Assembly: GCA_046563655.1 (NCBI GenBank)
Contig: CM102286.1
Span: forward strand, 8,246,001 to 8,310,000
Origin: Yuukianura sp. NJ FZ-2021
Taxonomy: Eukaryota
Length of the DNA stretch: 64,000 bases
Reading direction: 5' to 3'
The translations under genes and the position numbers were made by a program. Under the pieces are notes generated by a model. That model ran no database searches. It had not been told where the DNA came from and worked only from the letters and a program-made list of their open reading frames with translations. Shown piece after piece: positions 1 through 15,000 of the stretch. Position 1 is the first letter of the stretch, and each line of letters begins with the position of its first letter.

Positions 1-3000
1 CCCAAAGACGAAGTTATGACCACAGGATATCCCTATAACGCATTTATTTGTTACAAAAACAGCATGAAATTGTATTACTTTAATTTGTTGGTGGTATGTG
101 CAACGGTGGAAAACTTTTTGGTTTCAGCGAATGGAGATCCCTCATAGTGTCACTGAAGGTGCACAGGAATAAAAATGTGCTATAAAAGCTGTAGATATGT
201 TGAACACTATACGGCAAGATGAACCCAAAGACGAAGTCATGACCACAGGAAATCCCTATAACGCATTTATTTGTTCCAAAAACAGCATGAAATGGTAATA
301 CTTTAATTTGTTGTTCGTATGTGCAACGGCGGAACACTTTTTGGTTTCAGCGAATAGAAAACCCCCATAGTGTCACTCAAGGTGCACATGAATAACAATG
401 TGCTATAATAGCTGTACATATGTTGCACAATATTCGGCAAGATGAACCCGAACAAGAAGGTAAGACCACAGGAATTCCCTATAAAGCATTTGTTTATTCC
501 CCCCACAGCATGAAATTGTATTACTTTATTTGGTTGTTCGTATGTGCAACGACGGAACACTTTTTGGTTTCAGCGAATGGAGACCCCTCATAGTGTCACT
601 CAAGGTGCACAGGAATAAAAATGTGCTATAAAAGCTGTAGATATGTTGAACACTATACGGCAAGATGAACCCAAAGACGAAGTCATGACCACAGGAAATC
701 CCTATAACGCATTTATTTGTTCCAAAAACAGCATGAAATGGTAATACTTTAATTTGTTGTTCGTATGTGCAACGGCGGAAAACTTTTTGGTTTCAGCGAA
801 TAGAAAACCCCCATAGTGTCACTCAAGGTGCACATGAATAACAATGTGCTATAATAGCTGTGCATATGTTGCACAATATTCGGCAAGATGAACCCGAACA
901 AGAAGGTAAGACCACAGGAATTCCCTATAACGCATTTGTTTATTCCCCCCACAGCATGAAATTGTATTACTTTATTTGGTTGTTCGTATGTGCAACGACG
1001 GAACACTTTTTGGTTTCAGCGAATGGAGACCCCTCATAGTGTCACTCAAGGTGCACAGGAATAACACTATGCTATAAAAGCTGAACACAGGTTGCACACT
1101 ATACGGCAAGATGAACCCAAAGACGAAGTTATTACCACAGGACATCCCTATAACGCATTTATTTGTTCCAAAAACAGCATGAAATTGTATTACTTTATTT
1201 GGTTGTTCGTATGTGCAACGACGGAACACTTTTTGGTTTCAGCGAATGGAGACCCCTCATAGTGTCACTGAAGGTGCACAGGAATAAAAATGTGCTATAA
1301 AAGCTGTAGATATGTTGAACACTATACGGCAAGATGAACCCAAAGACGAAGTCATGACCACAGGAAATCCCTATAACGCATTTACTTGTTCCAAAAACAG
1401 CATGAAATGGTAATACTTTAATTTGTTGTTCGTATGTGCAACGGCGGAACACTTTTTGGTTTCAGCGAATGGAAAACCCCCATACTGTCACTCAAGGTGC
1501 ACAGGAATAAAAATGTGCTATAAAAGCTGTAGATATGTTGAACACTATACGGCAAGATGAACCCAAAGACGAAGTCATGACCACAGGAAATCCCTATAAC
1601 GCATTTATTTGTTCCAAAAACAGCATGAAATGGTAATACTTTAATTTGTTGTTCGTATGTGCAACGGCGGAACACTTTTTGGTTTCAGCGAATAGAAAAC
1701 CCCCATAGTGTCACTCAAGGTGCACATGAATAACAATGTGCTATAATAGCTGTACATATGTTGCACAATATTCGGCAAGATGAACCCGAACAAGAAGGTA
1801 AGACCACAGGAATTCCCTATAACGCATTTGTTTATTCCCCACAGCATGAAATTGTATTACTTTATTTGGTTGTTCGTATGTGCAACGACGGAACACTTTT
1901 TGGTTTCAGCGAATGGAGACCCCTCATAGTGTCACTCAAGGTGCACAGGAATAACAATATGCTATAAAAGCTGAACATAGGTTGCACACTATACGGCAAG
2001 ATGAACCCAAAGACGAAGTTATGACCACAGGACATCCCTATAACGCATTTATTTGTTCCAAAAACAGCATGAAATTGTATTACTTTATTTGGTTGTTCGT
2101 ATGTGCAACGACGGAACACTTTTTGGTTTCAGCGAATGGAGACCCCTCATAGTGTCACTCAAGGTGCACAGGAATAAAAATGTGCTATAAAAGCTGTAGA
2201 TATGTTGAACACTATACGGCAAGATGAACCCAAAGACGAAGTTATGACCACAGGATATCCCTATAACGCATTTATTTGTTACAAAAACAGCATGAAATTG
2301 TATTACTTTAATTTGTTGGTGGTATGTGCAACGGTGGAAAACTTTTTGGTTTCAGCGAATGGAGATCCCTCATAGTGTCACTGAAGGTGCACAGGAATAA
2401 AAATGTGCTATAAAAGCTGTAGATATGTTGAACACTATACGGCAAGATGAACCCAAAGACGAAGTCATGACCACAGGAAATCCCTATAACGCATTTATTT
2501 GTTCCAAAAACAGCATGAAATGGTAATACTTTAATTTGTTGTTCGTATGTGCAACGACGGAACACTTTTTGGTTTCAGCGAATGGAGACCCCTCATAGTG
2601 TCACTGAAGGTGCACAGGAATAAAAATGTGCTATAAAAGCTGTAGATATGTTGAACACTATACGGCAAGATGAACCCAAAGACGAAGTCATGACCACAGG
2701 AAATCCCTATAACGCATTTACTTGTTCCAAAAACAGCATGAAATGGTAATACTTTAATTTGTTGTTCGTATGTGCAACGGCGGAACACTTTTTGGTTTCA
2801 GCGAATGGAAAACCCCCATACTGTCACTCAAGGTGCACAGGAATAAAAATGTGCTATAAAAGCTGTAGATATGTTGAACACTATACGGCAAGATGAACCC
2901 AAAGACGAAGTCATGACCACAGGAAATCCCTATAACGCATTTATTTGTTCCAAAAACAGCATGAAATGGTAATACTTTAATTTGTTGTTCGTATGTGCAA

Positions 3001-6000
3001 CGGCGGAACACTTTTTGGTTTCAGCGAATAGAAAACCCCCATAGTGTCACTCAAGGTGCACATGAATAACAATGTGCTATAATAGCTGTACATATGTTGC
3101 ACAATATTCGGCAAGATGAACCCGAACAAGAAGGTAAGACCACAGGAATTCCCTATAACGCATTTGTTTATTCCCCCCACAGCATGAAATTGTATTACTT
3201 TATTTGGTTGTTCGTATGTGCAACGACGGAACACTTTTTGGTTTCAGCGAATGGAGACCCCTCATAGTGTCACTCAAGGTGCACAGGAATAACAATATGC
3301 TATAAAAGCTGAACATAGGTTGCACACTATACGGCAAGATGAACCCAAAGACGAAGTTATGACCACAGGACATCCCTATAACGCATTTATTTGTTCCAAA
3401 AACAGCATGAAATTGTATTACTTTATTTGGTTGTTCGTATGTGCAACGACGGAACACTTTTTGGTTTCAGCGAATGGAGACCCCTCATAGTGTCAGTCAA
3501 GGTGCACAGGAATAAAAATGTGCTATAAAAGCTGTAGATATGTTGAACACTATACGGCAAGATGAACCCAAAGACGAAGTTATGACCACAGGATATCCCT
3601 ATAACGCATTTATTTGTTACAAAAACAGCATGAAATTGTATTACTTTAATTTGTTGGTGGTATGTGCAACGGTGGAAAACTTTTTGGTTTCAGCGAATGG
3701 AGATCCCTCATAGTGTCACTGAAGGTGCACAGGAATAAAAATGTGCTATAAAAGCTGTAGATATGTTGAACACTATACGGCAAGATGAACCCAAAGACGA
3801 AGTCATGACCACAGGAAATCCCTATAACGCATTTATTTGTTCCAAAAACAGCATGAAATGGTAATACTTTAATTTGTTGTTCGTATGTGCAACGGCGGAA
3901 CACTTTTTGGTTTCAGCGAATAGAAAACCCCCATAGTGTCACTCAAGGTGCACATGAATAACAATGTGCTATAATAGCTGTACATATGTTGCACAATATT
4001 CGGCAAGATGAACCCGAACAAGAAGGTAAGACCACAGGAATTCCCTATAAAGCATTTGTCTATTCCCCCCACAGCATGAAATTGTATTACTTTATTTGTT
4101 TGTTCGTATGTGCAACGACGGAACACTTTTTGGTTTCAGCGAATGGAGACCCCTCATAGTGTCACTCAAGGTGCACATGAATAACAATATGCTAAAAAAG
4201 CTGAACATAGGTTGCACACTATACGGCAAGATGAACCCAAAGACGAAGTTATTACCACAGGACATCCCTATAACGCATTTATTTGTTCCAAAAACAGCAT
4301 GAAATTGTATTACTTTAATTTGTTGTTCGTATGTGCAACGGCGGAACACTTTTTGGTTTCAGCGAATGGAAAACCCCCATACTGTCACTCAAGGTGCACA
4401 GGAATAAAAATGTGCTATAAAAGCTGTAGATATGTTGAACACTATACGGCAAGATGAACCCAAAGACGAAGTCATGACCACAGGAAATCCCTATAACGCA
4501 TTTATTTGTTCCAAAAACAGCATGAAATGGTAATACTTTAATTTGTTGTTCGTATGTGCAACGGCGGAACACTTTTTGGTTTCAGCGAATAGAAAACCCC
4601 CATAGTGTCACTCAAGGTGCACATGAATAACAATGTGCTATAAAAGCTGTACATATGTTGCACAATATTCGGCAAGATGAACCCGAACAAGAAGGTAAGA
4701 CCACAGGAATTCCCTATAACGCATTTGTTTATTCCCCCGACAGCATGAAATTGTATTACTTTATTTGGTTGTTCGTATGTGCAACGACGGAACACTTTTT
4801 GGTTTCAGCGAATGGAGACCCCTCATAGTGTCACTCAAGGTGCACAGGAATAACAATATGCTATAAAAGCTGAACATAGGTTGCACACTATACGGCAAGA
4901 TGAACCCAAAGACGAAGTTATGACCACAGGACATCCCTATAACGCATTTATTTGTTCCAAAAACAGCATGAAATTGTATTACTTTATTTGGTTGTTCGTA
5001 TGTGCAACGACGGAACCCTTTTTGGTTTCAGCGAATGGAGACCCCTCATAGTGTCAGTCAAGGTGCACAGGAATAAAAATGTGCTATAAAAGCTGTAGAT
5101 ATGTTGAACACTATACGGCAAGATGAACCCAAAGACGAAGTTATGACCACAGGATATCCCTATAACGCATTTATTTGTTACAAAAACAGCATGAAATTGT
5201 ATTACTTTAATTTGTTGGTGGTATGTGCAACGGTGGAAAACTTTTTGGTTTCAGCGAATGGAGATCCCTCATAGTGTCACTGAAGGTGCACAGGAATAAA
5301 AATGTGCTATAAAAGCTGTAGATATGTTGAACACTATACGGCAAGATGAACCCAAAGACGAAGTCATGACCACAGGAAATCCCTATAACGCATTTATTTG
5401 TTCCAAAAACAGCATGAAATGGTAATACTTTAATTTGTTGTTCGTATGTGCAACGGCGGAACACTTTTTGGTTTCAGCGAATAGAAAACCCCCATAGTGT
5501 CACTCAAGGTGCACATGAATAACAATGTGCTATAATAGCTGTACATATGTTGCACAATATTCGGCAAGATGAACCCGAACAAGAAGGTAAGACCACAGGA
5601 ATTCCCTATAACGCATTTGTTTATTCCCCACAGCATGAAATTGTATTACTTTATTTGGTTGTTCGTATGTGCAACGACGGAACACTTTTTGGTTTCAGCG
5701 AATGGAGACCCCTCATAGTGTCACTCAAGGTGCACAGGAATAACAATATGCTATAAAAGCTGAACACAGGTTGCACACTATACGGCAAGATGAACCCAAA
5801 GACGAAGTTATTACCACAGGACATCCCTATAACGCATTTATTTGTTCCAAAAACAGCATGAAATTGTATTACTTTATTTGGTTGTTCGTATGTGCAACGA
5901 CGGAACACTTTTTGGTTTCAGCGAATGGAGACCCCTCATAGTGTCACTGAAGGTGCACAGGAATAAAAATGTGCTATAAAAGCTGTAGATATGTTGAACA

Positions 6001-9000
6001 CTATACGGCAAGATGAACCCAAAGACGAAGTCATGACCACAGGAAATCCCTATAACGCATTTACTTGTTCCAAAAACAGCATGAAATGGTAATACTTTAA
6101 TTTGTTGTTCGTATGTGCAACGGCGGAACACTTTTTGGTTTCAGCGAATGGAAAACCCCCATACTGTCACTCAAGGTGCACAGGAATAAAAATGTGCTAT
6201 AAAAGCTGTAGATATGTTGAACACTATACGGCAAGATGAACCCAAAGACGAAGTCATGACCACAGGAAATCCCTATAACGCATTGATTTGTTCCAAAAAC
6301 AGCATGAAATGGTAATACTTTAATTTGTTGTTCGTATGTGCAACGGCGGAACACTTTTTGGTTTCAGCGAATAGAAAACCCCCATAGTGTCACTCAAGGT
6401 GCACATGAATAACAATGTGCTATAATAGCTGTACATATGTTGCACAATATTCGGCAAGATGAACCCGAACAAGAAGGTAAGACCACAGGAATTCCCTATA
6501 ACGCATTTGTTTATTCCCCCGACAGCATGAAATTGTATTACTTTATTTGGTTGTTCGTATGTGCAACGACGGAACACTTTTTGGTTTCAGCGAATGGAGA
6601 CCCCTCATAGTGTCACTCAAGGTGCACAGGAATAACAATATGCTATAAAAGCTGAACATAGGTTGCACACTATACGGCAAGATGAACCCAAAGACGAAGT
6701 TATGACCACAGGACATCCCTATAACGCATTTATTTGTTCCAAAAACAGCATGAAATTGTATTACTTTATTTGGTTGTTCGTATGTGCAACGACGGAACAC
6801 TTTTTGGTTTCAGCGAATGGAGACCCTCATAGTGTCAGTCAAGGTGCACAGGAATAAAAATGTGCTATAAAAGCTGTAGATATGTTGAACACTATACGGC
6901 AAGATGAACCCAAAGACGAAGTTATGACCACAGGATATCCCTATAACGCATTTATTTGTTACAAAAACAGCATGAAATTGTATTACTTTAATTTGTTGGT
7001 GGTATGTGCAACGGTGGAAAACTTTTTGGTTTCAGCGAATGGAGATCCCTCATAGTGTCACTGAAGGTGCACAGGAATAAAAATGTGCTATAAAAGCTGT
7101 AGATATGTTGAACACTATACGGCAAGATGAACCCAAAGACGAAGTCATGACCACAGGAAATCCCTATAACGCATTTATTTGTTCCAAAAACAGCATGAAA
7201 TGGTAATACTTTAATTTGTTGTTCGTATGTGCAACGGCGGAACACTTTTTGGTTTCAGCGAATAGAAAACCCCCATAGTGTCACTCAAGGTGCACATGAA
7301 TAACAATGTGCTATAATAGCTGTACATATGTTGCACAATATTCGGCAAGATGAACCCGAACAAGAAGGTAAGACCACAGGAATTCCCTATAAAGCATTTG
7401 TCTATTCCCCCCACAGCATGAAATTGTATTACTTTATTTGTTTGTTCGTATGTGCAACGACGGAACACTTTTTGGTTTCAGCGAATGGAGACCCCTCATA
7501 GTGTCACTCAAGGTGCACATGAATAACAATATGCTAAAAAAGCTGAACATAGGTTGCACACTATACGGCAAGATGAACCCAAAGACGAAGTTATTACCAC
7601 AGGACATCCCTATAACGCATTTATTTGTTCCAAAAACAGCATGAAATTGTATTACTTTAATTTGTTGTTCGTATGTGCAACGGCGGAACACTTTTTGGTT
7701 TCAGCGAATGGAAAACCCCCATACTGTCACTCAAGGTGCACAGGAATAAAAATGTGCTATAAAAGCTGTAGATATGTTGAACACTATACGGCAAGATGAA
7801 CCCAAAGACGAAGTCATGACCACAGGAAATCCCTATAACGCATTTATTTGTTCCAAAAACAGCATGAAATGGTAATACTTTAATTTGTTGTTCGTATGTG
7901 CAACGGCGGAACACTTTTGGTTTCAGCGAATAGAAAACCCCCATAGTGTCACTCAAGGTGCACATGAATAACAATGTGCTATAAAAGCTGTACATATGTT
8001 GCACAATATTCGGCAAGATGAACCCGAACAAGAAGGTAAGACCACAGGAATTCCCTATAACGCATTTGTTTATTCCCCCGACAGCATGAAATTGTATTAC
8101 TTTATTTGGTTGTTCGTATGTGCAACGACGGAACACTTTTTGGTTTCAGCGAATGGAGACCCCTCATAGTGTCACTCAAGGTGCACAGGAATAACAATAT
8201 GCTATAAAAGCTGAACATAGGTTGCACACTATACGGCAAGATGAACCCAAAGACGAAGTTATGACCACAGGACATCCCTATAACGCATTTATTTGTTCCA
8301 AAAACAGCATGAAATTGTATTACTTTATTTGGTTGTTCGTATGTGCAACGACGGAACACTTTTTGGTTTCAGCGAATGGAGACCCCTCATAGTGTCAGTC
8401 AAGGTGCACAGGAATAAAAATGTGCTATAAAAGCTGTAGATATGTTGAACACTATACGGCAAGATGAACCCAAAGACGAAGTTATGACCACAGGATATCC
8501 CTATAACGCATTTATTTGTTACAAAAACAGCATGAAATTGTATTACTTTAATTTGTTGGTGGTATGTGCAACGGTGGAAAACTTTTTGGTTTCAGCGAAT
8601 GGAGATCCCTCATAGTGTCACTGAAGGTGCACAGGAATAAAAATGTGCTATAAAAGCTGTAGATATGTTGAACACTATACGGCAAGATGAACCCAAAGAC
8701 GAAGTCATGACCACAGGAAATCCCTATAACGCATTTATTTGTTCCAAAAACAGCATGAAATGGTAATACTTTAATTTGTTGTTCGTATGTGCAACGGCGG
8801 AACACTTTTTGGTTTCAGCGAATAGAAAACCCCCATAGTGTCACTCAAGGTGCACATGAATAACAATGTGCTATAATAGCTGTACATATGTTGCACAATA
8901 TTCGGCAAGATGAACCCGAACAAGAAGGTAAGACCACAGGAATTCCCTATAACGCATTTGTTTATTCCCCCCACAGCATGAAATTGTATTACTTTATTTG

Positions 9001-12000
9001 GTTGTTCGTATGTGCAACGACGGAACACTTTTTGGTTTCAGCGAATGGAGACCCCTCATAGTGTCACTCAAGGTGCACAGGAATAACAATATGCTATAAA
9101 AGCTGAACACAGGTTGCACACTATACGGCAAGATGAACCCAAAGACGAAGTTATTACCACAGGACATCCCTATAACGCATTTATTTGTTCCAAAAACAGC
9201 ATGAAATTGTATTACTTTATTTGGTTGTTCGTATGTGCAACGACGGAACACTTTTTGGTTTCAGCGAATGGAGACCCCTCATAGTGTCACTGAAGGTGCA
9301 CAGGAATAAAAATGTGCTATAAAAGCTGTAGATATGTTGAACACTATACGGCAAGATGAACCCAAAGACGAAGTCATGACCACAGGAAATCCCTATAACG
9401 CATTTACTTGTTCCAAAAACAGCATGAAATGGTAATACTTTAATTTGTTGTTCGTATGTGCAACGGCGGAACACTTTTTGGTTTCAGCGAATGGAAAACC
9501 CCCATACTGTCACTCAAGGTGCACAGGAATAAAAATGTGCTATAAAAGCTGTAGATATGTTGAACACTATACGGCAAGATGAACCCAAAGACGAAGTCAT
9601 GACCACAGGAAATCCCTATAACGCATTGATTTGTTCCAAAAACAGCATGAAATGGTAATACTTTAATTTGTTGTTCGTATGTGCAACGGCGGAACACTTT
9701 TTGGTTTCAGCGAATAGAAAACCCCCATAGTGTCACTCAAGGTGCACATGAATAACAATGTGCTATAAAAGCTGTACATATGTTGCACAATATTCGGCAA
9801 GATGAACCCGAACAAGAAGGTAAGACCACAGGAATTCCCTATAACGCATTTGTTTATTCCCCCGACAGCATGAAATTGTATTACTTTATTTGGTTGTTCG
9901 TATGTGCAACGACGGAACACTTTTTGGTTTCAGCGAATGGAGACCCCTCATAGTGTCACTCAAGGTGCACAGGAATAACAATATGCTATAAAAGCTGAAC
10001 ATAGGTTGCACACTATACGGCAAGATGAACCCAAAGACGAAGTTATGACCACAGGACATCCCTATAACGCATTTATTTGTTCCAAAAACAGCATGAAATT
10101 GTATTACTTTATTTGGTTGTTCGTATGTGCAACGACGGAACACTTTTTGGTTTCAGCGAATGGAGACCCCTCATAGTGTCACTGAAGGTGCACAGGAATA
10201 AAAATGTGCTATAAAAGCTGTAGATATGTTGAACACTATACGGCAAGATGAACCCAAAGACGAAGTCATGACCACAGGATATCCCTATAACGCATTTATT
10301 TGTTACAAAAACAGCATGAAATTGTATTACTTTAATTTGTTGGTGGTATGTGCAACGGTGGAAAACTTTTTGGTTTCAGCGAATGGAGATCCCTCATAGT
10401 GTCACTGAAGGTGCACAGGAATAAAAATGTGCTATAAAAGCTGTAGATATGTTGAACACTATACGGCAAGATGAACCCAAAGACGAAGTCATGACCACAG
10501 GAAATCCCTATAACGCATTTATTTGTTCCAAAAACAGCATGAAATGGTAATACTTTAATTTGTTGTTCGTATGTGCAACGGCGGAACACTTTTTGGTTTC
10601 AGCGAATAGAAAACCCCCATAGTGTCACTCAAGGTGCACATGAATAACAATGTGCTATAATAGCTGTACATATGTTGCACAATATTCGGCAAGATGAACC
10701 CGAACAAGAAGGTAAGACCACAGGAATTCCCTATAAAGCATTTGTCTATTCCCCCCACAGCATGAAATTGTATTACTTTATTTGTTTGTTCGTATGTGCA
10801 ACGACGGAACACTTTTTGGTTTCAGCGAATGGAGACCCCTCATAGTGTCACTCAAGGTGCACAGGAATAACAATATGCTAAAAAAGCTGAACATAGGTTG
10901 CACACTATACGGCAAGATGAACCCAAAGACGAAGTTATTACCACAGGACATCCCTATAACGCATTTATTTGTTCCAAAAACAGCATGAAATTGTATTACT
11001 TTAATTTGTTGTTCGTATGTGCAACGGCGGAACACTTTTTGGTTTCAGCGAATGGAAAACCCCCATACTGTCACTCAAGGTGCACAGGAATAAAAATGTG
11101 CTATAAAAGCTGTAGATATGTTGAACACTATACGGCAAGATGAACCCAAAGACGAAGTCATGACCACAGGAAATCCCTATAACGCATTTATTTGTTCCAA
11201 AAACAGCATGAAATGGTAATACTTTAATTTGTTGTTCGTATGTGCAACGGCGGAACACTTTTTGGTTTCAGCGAATAGAAAACCCCCATAGTGTCACTCA
11301 AGGTGCACATGAATAACAATGTGCTATAAAAGCTGTACATATGTTGCACAATATTCGGCAAGATGAACCCGAACAAGAAGGTAAGACCACAGGAATTCCC
11401 TATAACGCATTTGTTTATTCCCCCGACAGCATGAAATTGTATTACTTTATTTGGTTGTTCGTATGTGCAACGACGGAACACTTTTTGGTTTCAGCGAATG
11501 GAGACCCCTCATAGTGTCACTCAAGGTGCACAGGAATAACAATATGCTATAAAAGCTGAACATAGGTTGCACACTATACGGCAAGATGAACCCAAAGACG
11601 AAGTTATGACCACAGGACATCCCTATAACGCATTTATTTGTTCCAAAAACAGCATGAAATTGTATTACTTTATTTGGTTGTTCGTATGTGCAACGACGGA
11701 ACACTTTTTGGTTTCAGCGAATGGAGACCCCTCATAGTGTCAGTCAAGGTGCACAGGAATAAAAATGTGCTATAAAAGCTGTAGATATGTTGAACACTAT
11801 ACGGCAAGATGAACCCAAAGACGAAGTTATGACCACAGGATATCCCTATAACGCATTTATTTGTTACAAAAACAGCATGAAATTGTATTACTTTAATTTG
11901 TTGGTGGTATGTGCAACGGTGGAAAACTTTTTGGTTTCAGCGAATGGAGATCCCTCATAGTGTCACTGAAGGTGCACAGGAATAAAAATGTGCTATAAAA

Positions 12001-15000
12001 GCTGTAGATATGTTGAACACTATACGGCAAGATGAACCCAAAGACGAAGTCATGACCACAGGAAATCCCTATAACGCATTTATTTGTTCCAAAAACAGCA
12101 TGAAATGGTAATACTTTAATTTGTTGTTCGTATGTGCAACGGCGGAACACTTTTTGGTTTCAGCGAATAGAAAACCCCCATAGTGTCACTCAAGGTGCAC
12201 ATGAATAACAATGTGCTATAATAGCTGTACATATGTTGCACAATATTCGGCAAGATGAACCCGAACAAGAAGGTAAGACCACAGGAATTCCCTATAACGC
12301 ATTTGTTTATTCCCCCGACAGCATGAAATTGTATTACTTTATTTGGTTGTTCGTATGTGCAACGACGGAACACTTTTTGGTTTCAGCGAATGGAGACCCC
12401 TCATAGTGTCACTCAAGGTGCACAGGAATAACAATATGCTATAAAAGCTGAACACAGGTTGCACACTATACGGCAAGATGAACCCAAAGACGAAGTTATT
12501 ACCACAGGACATCCCTATAACGCATTTATTTGTTCCAAAAACAGCATGAAATTGTATTACTTTATTTGGTTGTTCGTATGTGCAACGACGGAACACTTTT
12601 TGGTTTCAGCGAATGGAGACCCCTCATAGTGTCACTGAAGGTGCACAGGAATAAAAATGTGCTATAAAAGCTGTAGATATGTTGAACACTATACGGCAAG
12701 ATGAACCCAAAGACGAAGTCATGACCACAGGAAATCCCTATAACGCATTTACTTGTTCCAAAAACAGCATGAAATGGTAATACTTTAATTTGTTGTTCGT
12801 ATGTGCAACGGCGGAACACTTTTTGGTTTCAGCGAATGGAAAACCCCCATACTGTCACTCAAGGTGCACAGGAATAAAAATGTGCTATAAAAGCTGTAGA
12901 TATGTTGAACACTATACGGCAAGATGAACCCAAAGACGAAGTCATGACCACAGGAAATCCCTATAACGCATTTATTTGTTCCAAAAACAGCATGAAATGG
13001 TAATACTTTAATTTGTTGTTCGTATGTGCAACGGCGGAACACTTTTTGTTTTCAGCGAATAGAAAACCCCCATAGTGTCACTCAAGGTGCACATGAATAA
13101 CAATGTGCTATAATAGCTGTACATATGTTGCACAATATTCGGCAAGATGAACCCGAACAAGAAGGTAAGACCACAGGAATTCCCTATAACGCATTTGTTT
13201 ATGCCCCCCACAGCATGAAATTGTATTACTTTATTTGGTTGTTCGTATGTGCAACGACGGAACACTTTTTGGTTTCAGCGAATGGAGACCCCTCATAGTG
13301 TCACTCAAGGTGCACAGGAATAACAATATGCTATAAAAGCTGAACATAGGTTGCACACTATACGGCAAGATGAACCCAAAGACGAAGTTATGACCACAGG
13401 ACATCCCTATAACGCATTTATTTGTTCCAAAAACAGCATGAAATTGTATTACTTTATTTGGTTGTTCGTATGTGCAACGACGGAACACTTTTTGGTTTCA
13501 GCGAATGGAGACCCCTCATAGTGTCACTGAAGGTGCACAGGAATAAAAATGTGCTATAAAAGCTGTAGATATGTTGAACACTATACGGCAAGATGAACCC
13601 AAAGACGAAGTCATGACCACAGGATATCCCTATAACGCATTTATTTGTTACAAAAACAGCATGAAATTGTATTACTTTAATTTGTTGGTGGTATGTGCAA
13701 CGGTGGAAAACTTTTTGGTTTCAGCGAATGGAGATCCCTCATAGTGTCACTGAAGGTGCACAGGAATAAAAATGTGCTATAAAAGCTGTAGATATGTTGA
13801 ACACTATACGGCAAGATGAACCCAAAGACGAAGTCATGACCACAGGAAATCCCTATAACGCATTTATTTGTTCCAAAAACAGCATGAAATGGTAATACTT
13901 TAATTTGTTGTTCGTATGTGCAACGGCGGAACACTTTTTGGTTTCAGCGAATAGAAAACCCCCATAGTGTCACTCAAGGTGCACATGAATAACAATGTGC
14001 TATAATAGCTGTACATATGTTGCACAATATTCGGCAAGATGAACCCGAACAAGAAGGTAAGACCACAGGAATTCCCTATAACGCATTTGTTTATTCCCCC
14101 CACAGCATGAAATTGTATTACTTTATTTGGTTGTTCGTATGTGCAACGACGGAACACTTTTTGGTTTCAGCGAATGGAGACCCCTCATAGTGTCACTCAA
14201 GGTGCACAGGAATAACAATATGCTATAAAAGCTGAACATAGGTTGCACACTATACGGCAAGATGAACCCAAAGACGAAGTTATGACCACAGGACATCCCT
14301 ATAACGCATTTATTTGTTCCAAAAACAGCATGAAATTGTATTACTTTATTTGGTTGTTCGTATGTGCAACGACGGAACACTTTTTGGTTTCAGCGAATGG
14401 AGACCCCTCATAGTGTCACTCAAGGTGCACAGGAATAAAAATGTGCTATAAAAGCTGTAGATATGTTGAACACTATACGGCAAGATGAACCCAAAGACGA
14501 AGTCATGACCACAGGAAATCCCTATAACGCATTTATTTGTTCCAAAAACAGCATGAAATGGTAATACTTTAATTTGTTGTTCGTATGTGCAACGGCGGAA
14601 CACTTTTTGTTTTCAGCGAATAGAAAACCCCCATAGTGTCACTCAAGGTGCACATGAATAACAATGTGCTATAATAGCTGTACATATGTTGCACAATATT
14701 CGGCAAGATGAACCCGAACAAGAAGGTAAGACCACAGGAATTCCCTATAACGCATTTGTTTATGCCCCCCACAGCATGAAATTGTATTACTTTATTTGGT
14801 TGTTCGTATGTGCAACGACGGAACACTTTTTGGTTTCAGCGAATGGAGACCCCTCATAGTGTCACTCAAGGTGCACAGGAATAACAATATGCTATAAAAG
14901 CTGAACACAGGTTGCACACTATACGGCAAGATGAACCCAAAGACGAAGTTATTACCACAGGACATCCCTATAACGCATTTATTTGTTCCAAAAACAGCAT

